Positions 1-11,201 of a stretch of 64,000 nucleotides of DNA are shown one piece after another. This stretch comes from Convolutriloba macropyga (lineage: Eukaryota), in NCBI RefSeq assembly GCF_964194025.1, contig NC_134471.1, positions 41,292,001 to 41,356,000 on the forward strand, read 5' to 3'. The notes below the pieces were generated by a model that did not search any database, was not told the origin of the DNA, and saw nothing but the letters and a program-made list of their open reading frames with translations. Numbering within the stretch: the first letter of the stretch is position 1; each line of letters starts with the position of its first letter. A program made the translations under genes and the position numbers.

Positions 1-1160
1 CGATTGAAGTGCATGATCGCTTGCTCTCGAAGGCAGTTTAAAGCAAATGTTATACGTGTTGGATTTTTTATGACTCAATTAGCAGTGTTGTGTTTGTACA
101 GGTTCCTTTGCTGAAGAAATTTTTATCATGACAACCTGTTTTTGAACATTGGACCTAAGAAGTAGCTTAGTTTGATATGTACGGTAGCAATTAAAACTGC
201 TGGTAATACTCAAGGTGAAAGGTCATTTTGAGTTTTTTAACCCCATGTAAGCTACTCCTACCTATTATCCAACCCAACTTCCTACCCACCCCCTAACTAA
301 TCGTACCTAAAAACAAACGCCGACCACCTACCTACCCCAACACAACCCACCACCGCTCCAACTTACGACCCCCCCCCCCACACACACACACACAAACACT
401 ACATTTTAGTACACTTTAAACAAAACTTGGTTGTTTCTTATTTTCTTTTTATCCTAGTTCCTATTTCTTTTTCGATAATTCTGAAATAAGTAGGGTTAAT
501 TTAGAGTTTTGATTTCACTACTCTTTGTCGTTTTTATGCAAAGTTTTTGCTCGACCATTTTGACTTTTCGAGTGACTTTTACGCTCATGACTTTTTCAGC
601 AGCTGAACACAAGTGGCGGCTGTTCATGACTAAAAGTCAAATGAAATGTGCGCCAAAATTGGTGTAACTTTTACACTTTAAATGCCGCTAGTGGTTATAG
701 TGGTATATAAAAGCCTCTAATGATGTCATTTGAAGCCCCTTAGTGAATTTAGTTACTCCAATTCACCCGTGTGAAGCAGGCTGCAATAGATTTGAGCTCT
801 CACTAGTCGGTCAAGAGCAATTATTCTGATGTCAGACGGTTACGGTTTTTTGTCTCTCTGAATGTTTTGGTCTCATGCTAATATAGGTGATCGTTGACTC
901 ACCACTGGGACTAGAAGAAGATATTTGTTTCGCAAAATTAGAGGTAACAATTAATCAACAGGCTCTTACGACAGAAAGTGACCCATGACTTTGAAAACAA
1001 ACACGGTATGTTGATTTTAGTAACATGATTATTAGCGAGCATGTTAAAAGTTTTTAATGCGTAGTATACATTTGGACTACATTGACTCATATTGCATAAC
1101 ATAGTACAGCAATTGACAAATAACAAACCATTGAATATTTAAATTGGTAGAGATCTTATC

Positions 1161-1309
1161 TGTTGCCAATGTTATTGCAACTTTCAAGATGATTTAAAAA
1201 TCGCCAAAATTGCAACAAAAACTTGACTCTTTTGTCCAACAACGTGAAACTTAGACGTGCTCTTTTAACAAATTAACAAATGATTAGACTAGAGATATGT
1301 TTTAAAACA
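1161..1309 (+). repeat. 5' LTR of BEL copy 1
   Basis: TGTTGCC...AAAACA, directly repeated at 11053-11201. Confidence 0.95.
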
Positions 1310-1315
1310 TAATTT

Positions 1316-1330
1316 TGGTGACCATCCGCC
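1316..1330 (+). promoter_or_regulatory. putative primer-binding site of BEL copy 1
   Basis: TGGTGACCATCCGCC 6 nt after the LTR, conserved in copy 2. Only TGGTGACC matches a typical tRNA-Trp 3' end (..GGUCACCA), so the primer is uncertain. Confidence 0.55.
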
Positions 1331-1966
1331 TTGATAATACGGACATAAAACCTTCTGAATTAAATTTAATTTTTTTTTTGAAACAAAGAGGGGGCATGAG
1401 CACACCCCAAGACTAATATCCAAGACTACGACAGAGGACTACGACGAGTTTCTTATTGCAGACGAGCCAACCAAAGACGAAGAGTTTTTTTTTCAAGGGT
1501 TTTCAGACGTCACCCGACCAAGAAGGCCTGACATTTTTTTGGTTACGGACGTCACCAAGAGATGATCGCCCGAGGTTCCAGACGTCACCTTAGAAGTCCT
1601 TTCCCCGGTTAGACGTATCGAAAAAAACGTGATTTTTTTGCGACAAAAAATCTCAAACACACAAAATTTGTCCCCCAACGAGCTTTTGTTGATGGTTTAT
1701 GAATGACATAGCCGTGAGAAACTACATGTAGGCCATTAACGAAAAAAAAACACAAATTGCCCGAAAAAACGATATAGCGTTTTTTGCATAGGAAAAACTC
1801 AAAAACAATTTTCTCAATTTGTCGCAAAAATCTACATGAAAGTAAAATTTTTATTTGAATAGAACACTTCAATTGGACCTAAAATCAATTTTATTTTGGT
1901 TGAACTCCTTATGTAAAATTTTTGCTCAAAAAATCCAAAAGTCGCAAAAGTGCTTTTCTGAGCGTC

Positions 1967-2700
1967 AAAAATCAAAAAACGTTTTTCTAACGTTTTAAGG
2001 AAAACTTTTTAATAAATCCAAAAAACCCATTGATTAGCCCCCCTGGGTTCGTTGGAAAAGAAACTTCAAAATCAATCTATCGATTTTGCAATTTTGTAAA
2101 GAAGCAACTCAATTTTGACAAAATTTGCTTCCTTGACATTAAAAAATCAAAAAACGTTTTTCTAACGTTTTAAGGAAACCTTTTTAATAAATCCAAATAA
2201 CCCGTTGATTAGCCCCCCTGGGTTCGTTGAAAAAAAAGCTTCAAAATCAGTTTATCGATTTTGCAATTTTGTAAAGAAGCAACTCAATTTTGACAAAAAA
2301 ATTGCTTCTTTGACTCAAAAAAAAATCAAAAAACGTTTTCCTAAAGTTTTGAATAAAACATTTAATAGTTCCACTGAAACCCATTGATTAGCCCCCCTGG
2401 TTTTGTTGGAAAAGAAGCTTCAAGATCAGTTGATTGAATATATAAGTTTTTAAAGAAGCAACTTGAATTTTGCAAATTTGCTCCTTTTACTTAAAAAACT
2501 CAAAAAACATTTTTCTAATGTTTATTGGAAATTTTCCGTAGATAACAAGAAAGCGTTCGAAAAAACTCCTTCTGTTTGTCTGAAAACCAGCTTAAAATTT
2601 ATTTCATCCCCTTGCAAAACTGCAAAGAAGCAACAGAAAAGTGGCAAAATTGTTTCTCTGTTATATAAAAATCAAAAAACGTTTTTTCTAACGTTTTTTC
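1967..2700 (+). repeat. ~175-180-bp tandem repeats (about 4, decaying) in the BEL 5' leader
   Basis: Unit AAAAATCAAAAAACGTTTTTCTAACG...GATTAGCCCCCCTGG...AAAGAAGCAACT recurs at ~1967, ~2141, ~2320 and ~2495; mirrored in copy 2 at ~57370-58105. Confidence 0.85.
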
Positions 2701-3995
2701 TAATTGAAAAAAAAGTCAATAAATTTTCAAACTGAGCTATTTGTGAATTTCCTCAGTTCATTACAAAGCAAGCTGGGAAACTATATAACCAATCTGCAAA
2801 ACCGAAAAGAACAGACAGAAAATTCCTGAAAAGCTTCTGACAAAAAAAAAACCTACAAAGATGTTTGTTTTTTCTTCGATCATAACTGCATACTACCAGC
2901 CGCGAGCCTAGTTAATGGGGTAGTATGCATTCCTAAGAAAAACCGACATTTACATTTAATTTGTTTTCAATTTTGCATACTACTAACCGCGCATCTAGTT
3001 AATTGAGTAGTATACACTGAAAATACCTTCTCAAGAGAAATAAAAAAGGGAAGATAAGATCTATTTTCTTTTTTTTTCTCAAAAAACAAGGAAATCAAAA
3101 GCTCTGGAATAATTCCCCACTAAAATTTGCTCACGCAAATAGTCGCTTTAAGTTGGAAAACTCAAACGCCTTTTTTTGTCCGCGGTCTCAGAAGTTGCCG
3201 AAAGAAGTCCCTTTTTCCCCTTTGGTCTCAGTAGTCACCAATTGAAGAGGAGTGTGTTTTCTTTGGGTCTCAGTAGTCACCAAAGTAAAGATGAGCAATT
3301 CATAGGTGGCAGATATTATCCAGTAACAAATACAAGCAGTTTTTAATGGTAGCAGTTGTCCTAAACTTCATAAGAATTGCAAAACAGAATTTCTTGGAAA
3401 AGAGCTTCAAAGTAGACCCAGCCTATAAGCAACCAGTCTTCTTTGCTTGTCTGTAGCTCACGTTGCCTATTCGCACCGCCTTTTAAATTCTAAAAAAAAT
3501 TTACTTATTTTGAAGAAGTATCAAAGTAGATTTAGTTTGTTTGGTTTTAGGTTTTAATTGTTCCTAAAACTCCACACACACACACAAAAGAAAACACTTC
3601 AGTAAATTTTTCTTCTGGTACCTTGATTGTCATAAAAGGAGAACTAAAATTTACAGGAGAATCGTTGCAAAATCATATGTAAAAAAATTGAAAGCAATTA
3701 TTTGGTCCTGTTCAACAAATCAACGGTACACACGCGCGAACGCTTAGTTTTTCCTTTTTTTTAAGCAAATTTTTAGCCAGATTTAGCACCAAAAAAAACA
3801 TCTTTAGGATTCCTGTTTTTGTGAAAGATGCGTCGCTACTTTTGAACGAAAAGAGCTAGGCTGATTAGCCTATATAAACTTAAGAGGTTTTTAATTTACC
3901 AAAAAAGTCGTCGCTCCGTAAATTTCGAGCCGTTCTTTACCTTTACTTTAAATACAACAGAACCATTACGAGTTGACTACAGCCGGTTCAACAAG

Positions 3996-6900
3996 ATGAC
4001 AAAAGAAAACAGCCAGAAGTTGCAATACGCATTGAACAAGTTCAAAATGACTGAGCTCAACATGAAAAATCAGCTTGATCTCTTACAGACATCCGTTGAT
4101 CAGAGAAAAAGCTTCCGCACTCTTTCTTTGTTGATCAACAAAATCAAGGAGAGCGTTGAAGAGCTGAAGACGAACCTTGACAGCATCATGATGGAAAAAG
4201 TCAGCTCTAGTAGCATAAACTCAGTCATGAAACGTCAATCGAACTTGATCTCTCGTCTAGAAAAATTGGAACTAGAAGTCAACAGTCTCTACGATGATGG
4301 TCAATTGAGTCAATCATCAACTCGAGTGCGCGATGATATCAGCTGCGTCTCACAGTCCTCAAAAGGACAGCTCGAGTCGCATCGATTGACAACGGTTTCC
4401 CAAAACTCAGAGCAAAACAACATGACAGTAAAGAACCCTGCCAGCGCTGTCTCCCCTCCAGTGCCCCCAAGACCAGCGAAACCATCGTTTTTCCTTCCGC
4501 AAGGAGAAAATAAACCCAACCTTCTCTCCAAATTCCTTCAGAGCAACGGCCAATTTGCGCAGGATACTAGAGAATTGACTGAAGAATCAGTAAAAAATTT
4601 TACGACGTTTGAACACATAAATCAGTCAATGTCGTTGTTAGCAGCCCCAACACCACCATCAACCCTATTATCCAGAGCAAACATTCAGGACAGATTTGTC
4701 TTGAGTAATCCTCAATCCCCAGTACACAAAGTTGTTCTCAGAGAGCAAGAGAACACTTTCAACCAGTTTGCTTCAATTCAACAACCCTCCATTCCAATGA
4801 ATCAAACTGCAGTCTTATTTCCTGTTGAATCTATTGATAACCAGCCGGAATTAATTCACTCATCAATTGGAGAATTGAACCAGTTCTCTAGTTCAAAGCT
4901 GATCACATTGCCCGAAATGCCAATAAATCAACCAGCAAATGCCACAGTTAGACCAAAAGAAAAGTCTTCTGTTCCCTTAAATAACAAAAGAGAAGATCAA
5001 AGCATACAACGTCTTGCATTAGATTTACAAAACTCAATTCAACATAACTGCCCAGTTAACAAAACCAATACATACCAAACATCAAGTTCATGCAATTTGA
5101 ATGAGCAAATGCTTCAGCGTCAATTTCATTCAGAAAAAGGAACAAATAGAGTGACAAATGAGACCACGCCAAATCCATATTGTTACGAAGACAGTCGACA
5201 CAATCCCCTACATTTTGACAACAATCAAAGTGCAACTGCTCAAACTGTTTCAAACACTCAATTTTCAGCTGTTCCAATAAGTGAAAACCAGAACAGCGTA
5301 AAATTGGCGTCAGCAATGTCGTTACCAACAGTAGCGCAAACAAACGTTTCCCAACAATTTCAGAACCCACTTTACCCAACTGGAGTTCATTTTAGCAATG
5401 GAAATCGAACGGAAGAACCAAACAATGGAATTGTTTTCCCCTCCAATACAACACTCAACAACCAAGGTACCAACCTTGTTTGCTGTATATCATCTCAGCC
5501 ACCTAACTGTCCGCTTACTCCGGAAAATCCCTTTACAAACTACCAAACAGCCATTCTTCCCCCCTTTACTCAATATATTAGCCAACCAAACATTTCGTGA
5601 AATTCGAAACAAATTCCAAATTGGTCTTTTTCTGGAAAGCAACTGTTTCAGCCACGAACTTAAATACAAACAGAAACAATCCCGTTTGAAAATAATTTTA
5701 ATTTACAAACCACAAACAAAAATTCCATTAAACTTCCACCAATAACAATATCAAATTTCAATGGTTACCCACTGAAATACCATGAGTGGATAAACAATTT
5801 TTTCAACCTAGTTCACAATAATACTAGCCTTACGGATACACACCGTATAACATACTTACAGAACTCGGTCGTAGGAAAAGCCAAAGAAAAAATTCAAGCC
5901 TACTTGTGTGACCCAGCTTACTACGCGATTGCTTTGAAAGAGCTCATGGATCACTTTGGAGATCCCAGCATTGTTGTGAATGCTTTCATCAATCAACTGG
6001 AAGCCTGGCGTCCGAAAAATGACTACAACAAACAGAGTTTCGTATCTTTTGCTTCTTTTCTCAAACGATTAGTGCAAGTTTTTGAATATTTAGGCTTCAA
6101 AGCCGACTTGCAAAGTTCAACATTGATGAAAAAGGCAAAAGAAAAAATTCCACATAATATTCTGATAAAATGGACAGAGTATACAATAACATCAATTGGA
6201 AATCAACCAACCGTCTCTGATTTTCAGAAGTGGCTTGAAGTACAGGCCCAAGTATACGACAAAATCAACAGAGAAAATGTTCATAAGCCGTTTAATAATT
6301 GGAACACTTTCGGTCAAAACAGTAATAGCATTAGCAGAATTAACAACAACAATGATAATAGGAACAGCAATGCTATGAATCAATTTTCTTATATTTCACA
6401 AAACAATTGGAAACCGAATTCATTGCACTCAAGTCGCCCTGCAAACCAGCATGGTCAACCAACCTTTCCTCCGCGTAAAGATGCTGATCAGTCAAACAAG
6501 TCTTGCGAGAAATGCAAAGGAAGTCACATACTCGCAACATGCCCTGAATACCAGAAATGTGCGCCAGACCAAAGGTATGACATTGTGAGCAAGAACAATC
6601 TTTGCTCGAACTGTTTAAGCAACAAACATTTTAAGCAGTCATGTCCGTCCACAAAACGATGCCAAACATGTAAAGGATTTCACCACACAACTTTGCATGA
6701 TCCTTCGAAACAAGTTAAGCGGCCCACCGCTGCCTTCTCAACCAGCAATCCCAATCAGCCGACACAAAATCTAGCAAGCCCCCAAACACAGCCATCCTTT
6801 CAACAACAAAATCAAAACAAAAGTACTGACACTGTCAGCAGTACAAAGAGCCAGCAAACAAGATACGGTCAATCGTTTTCTGGTAAAAGACAATCACAGC

Positions 6901-9900
6901 AACAAAATATTCAACGCGCCCGTTTGAATGCTTCGAATCCGACCCAAAACTTCAGTATCAACCGAAAAACAATTCCTCCTCCTGAATGGTATGAACAACT
7001 ACAAATAATACCAGTTTCATTTGTAAACGGAAGTAAAGTGTTTGATACCTACGCCTTGATTGATCCCGGAAGCCAGTTCACCTTCCTGCTGGATAAAGTT
7101 ACTAGCTTTCTTGAGCTTCCCTGCGAAGCACAAGCATCAACAACTCTGCAGTACCTAAACACTGAACATGAAATGCCACTGTCCAAAATTAGTGAAACAG
7201 TGTCAGTAACGCCTTATGACAACATCAATCAACACTTCAGCATTGCAAGAGCCTATAGCACGCCATGTCTCAATGTATCACCCGCTAACGTTCTTGAACT
7301 CAATCAATTATGCGACACCTTTAAGGAACTTAGTCACATTTATTTCCCTGACATAGCCAACGGTGCAATAGGCGCCCTTCTTGGTGTCAATACGTTTGCC
7401 TTCACATATCCAGTCGACGTAATCCAAGGTAGCAAAAAGCGTCCATTCGGCGTAAAAACAAAGCTTGGTTGGACTCTCGCTGGAGAGTACGAGCTATCTC
7501 CTAAAACAATGAACTCAAACAAGCCCCCTCGCCAACCATTCATTTACCATGTCTGCCGGAAGGACACTGAAGAGGAACCATTGGACGAATTAGTTCAAAG
7601 ATTCTGGAAAATAGAAGCTGAAGGTACATTACCCGAACAGAATGAAGACAGCTCATTAGACCAATTAGCAGTGCAAACAATGGAAAACTCAATCTGTCAC
7701 AACGGTGAAAGATATCAGATTGGCCTTCCTTGGAAACCTGTAAAGAAACTCCAGAATAACTATTTATCAGCAGTCAATCAACTAAAAAGTCTACAAAAAC
7801 GACTACAAAACGATCCCGGTCTCAATCAGAAGTACAACCAGACACTCCAAACGGACTTGGATAAAAATTTTGTCAAGCCAGTCGAAATGCAAGCACCACC
7901 CCCAGAGTCAATATGGTACTTACCTCATCATCCAGTCACTAATCCAAACAAACCCGGAAAAGTGAGAAGAGTTGCCAACGGAGCATCAAAATTCCGCGGT
8001 GAATCACTGAACTCAAATCTTCTAACTGGTCCTGATTTGCTAAATAACTTAGTTGGAGTGCTGTTGAGATTCAGAGAAAACCCGGTTGCTGTTTTGTCAG
8101 ACATCGAAGGAATGTTTATGCAGATTGCCGTGAGACAAGAAGACCAGTCTGCTCTTCGTTTCCTTTGGATGATAGACAACTCCATTCGACAATTTCAATT
8201 CACTAGATTAATCTTTGGCGCAACATGTTCACCATTTTGCGCAATTTATGTGCTCAATAAATGTGCAGAAGACAACAAAAATGAATTTCCAGCCGCCTTG
8301 AACGCTATTAAACACCACTTTTATATGGATGACTACATCCAGTCCCTGCCAACAATTTCATAAGCCAAAGAAGTCATATCACAGACAACAAGATGCCTGG
8401 AAAATGGTGGCTTCAGGTTGACAAAATTTGTTTCGAACGAACCGGATGTACTCGCTGAAATCTCTTCCGACGACAAAGACGAAACAAAAGAGATCATAAG
8501 AGTCCTTGGTCAAAAATGGAAGATAACAACTGACGATTTTGTCATGTTTCCCCTACAACAATTTCCTAAAGATGCAACAGTGTACACACAAAGGAAAATA
8601 TTCAGTTTGGTATCCTCAATCTTCGATCCCTTCGGTCTGTTGTCTCCCCTGACAATTAGAATCAAAATGGTTTTGCAGCAGATTTGGAAACTTGGAAGAA
8701 AATGGGATGATTTGATACCACATGAACTACGCCATGACCTCCAGAAAGTTCTAAACAGCTACTTTGCCATGCCCGAAATCCGAATACCAAGAACTGTTCA
8801 CAATTTCAGTAAAATCACAAGCAGCCAACTTCATATTTTTGTGGATGCCTCAATGGCAGCTAAGGCAGCCGTTGCTTACCTCCGTACAACCAATAATCAA
8901 ACCACTCCGCCACAAGCATGTTTTCTCATGGGGAAATGCAAAGTTGCTCCCATTAAACAAATAAGTGTGCCAAAAATGGAACTAGAAGCTGCTGTTATAG
9001 GAGTGCGCCTTCTACAACTGATCCAAAGAGAAATGACACTGACATTCGACAAAATTTTTCTCTGGTCCGACAGTCAAGTAGTTTTGGACTGGATAGCCTC
9101 AAATAAGAAGCAAAACTTTTTTGTTTCAAACAGATTGCAAGAAATTCATAAAAGTTCTTCACCCCAGCAATGGCATCACATCTCAACTTATCTCAATCCC
9201 GCGGATCACGGAACTCGCGGTCTTGCGACAAAGGAAATTCAGCAGAAATGGTTAGATCCACCCCAATTTCTTTGCCAAAGCGAGTCGACCTGGAATGATA
9301 TAAACAAAACACGGGCAACATGTGCGGCAGTCACAAGAAGTCCCAAGACAATTAAACCTATAGTCGATCCGAGTAAATTCTCAAAATGGAACAAACTTCT
9401 TCTGACAGTTGCAACAGTTTTCAACCTAATTAATCGTGCAAAGAAAATGCGAACGAACAATCACCAATACACAACTGAAGACATTCAATTATCAAGAAAT
9501 TATCTCCTGAAATTATCTCAGGACAGTTTTTTCCATTCGACCGTTAATTCCTTACAACGTGGGATCAAACTAGATTCTAAGTGCAAAATACGATGCTTAA
9601 ATCCGCTGTTGGATGAGGACGGATTACTCAGATCTTGTGGTCGATTGCAGTATGGATTTGGAAAAACGCCCAATGGATTTGGACCAACACAACTGGATTT
9701 GGAAAAACGCCCAATAATTTTGCACGCCAAGGACAAAATTGTTCGTTTGTACTTGGAACATGCCCATCAAATATGTATTCACTAGTCCACAGAACCAACA
9801 AAAGCATTCATTCAACAACGTTACCATGTGATTGGCCTTCGGAAAGCGTTAGCAAGCGTACGGTTTCATTGTTTCTTATGTCGACGCTTTGACACGAAAA

Positions 9901-10861
9901 ACATTCAACCAATTATGGCACCATTACCTAGTTTTCGTTTTCCAACAGCAAAAACACAGTTCCCCTTTGCTAATTCTGGTGTAGATTTCTTTGGACCCTT
10001 CTACATCGAAGATTCCAAAGGCATTTTAAAAAAAGTTATGGTCTAATATTTACATGCATGGTGACGCGAGCAGTTCACTTAGAAACGTGTCCAGACCTCA
10101 ATACAGATACCTTTCTCAATGCCTTCAGAAGATTTTGCAGTCGTCGATGCCAGCCCCAACTTCTCTACAGCGACAACGGGAAAACTTTCGTTGGCGCCTC
10201 TGAAGAACTGAAGAAAACTGTTAAAGCCTTGGACAATGACAGAATCTACAAAGCTTTAGCAGTAGCCAATACAACGTGGAAATTCAATCCCCCATACGGC
10301 GCTCATTTTGGCGGTGTCTGGGAGCGTTTGATCCAGAGCGCCAAAAGAACGCTCCTCCTCATTCTAGGATCCAGAAGACTCTCTTTTGACACTTTCCTAA
10401 CAATTATGGTGGAAACAGAATCAATCCTCAACTCCAGACCACTGACTAACGTTGCTGAGCAGCCTGACAACGAGGAACCTTTGACTCCAAACCACTTTCT
10501 TATCCAGCGTCCCTTCAATAGCTTGCCACCAGGACAATTTGGAGACCAGCAACCTGCAAGCTTGAAGACATGGAAGAACACGCAGAAGCTGATGAACCAT
10601 GTATGGCGACGCTTGGTGAAAGAGTATCTGCCAACGCTTAGCCGACTGTCGAAATGGTCAAACAGCAACGATCGACCTCTTAAAGTGGACGACATTGTTT
10701 GGGTGTTGAAAGACCAAACACCAAGAGGCATTTGGCCACTGGGAAGAGTCATGGAGACAACGTCAGGACGAGATGGAGAAACACGAGTCGTAAAGGTAAA
10801 AACGGCTTACGGCACGTTCGTTCGCCCCGTTTCCGGTCTCGCACGCGTTTTTTCTCCGTAG
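3996..10861 (+). pseudogene. BEL gag-pol polyprotein, interrupted
   Basis: Three zinc knuckles ([40 protein letters not shown]); protease LIDPGSQ; RT YMDD; RNase H FVDAS/ELEAA/WSDSQ/NPAD; integrase GVDFFGP/SDNG/WERL; WPLGRV tail. Stops at ~5600, ~5660, 8363 and 9785; frameshift near 10035. Confidence 0.95.
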
Positions 10862-11052
10862 TTTTTTTTTCGATTTTTCTCGCTCCGGTTTTAGGCAACG
10901 TGAGTTACCCCTTTCCCACAAATTGATGTACTGACCATATTGGCAACATTTCAGCCTACAGTTTCAGAGCCAATTTCAAAGAAGATGACAAAAGACTTCA
11001 ATCAATTGATGCCTCTGAAAACCCTTGATGCCCCCTTTGTGCCCTTGCAGCA

Positions 11053-11201
11053 TGTTGCCAATGTTATTGCAACTTTCAAGATGATTTAAAAACCGCCAAA
11101 ATTGCAACAAAAACTTGACTCTTTTGTCCAACAACGTGAAACTTAGACGTGCTCTTTTAACAAATTAACAAATGATTAGACTAGAGATATGTTTTAAAAC
11201 A
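11053..11201 (+). repeat. 3' LTR of BEL copy 1
   Basis: Matches 1161-1309 at 148/149; followed by TSD TTATC. Confidence 0.95.

Larger units (their letters stand above)
1161..11201 (+). mobile_element. BEL/Pao LTR retrotransposon, full-length but defective (copy 1)
   Basis: 149-bp TG...CA LTRs at 1161-1309 and 11053-11201 (1 mismatch); TSD TTATC at 1156-1160 and 11202-11206; internal gag-PR-RT-RH-IN order with BEL-type motifs. Confidence 0.96.

Noticed and set aside
4310-10752. Antisense and alternate-frame ORFs recurring in each BEL copy
   Set aside because: Recurrence is explained by nucleotide identity between copies; no independent coding signal
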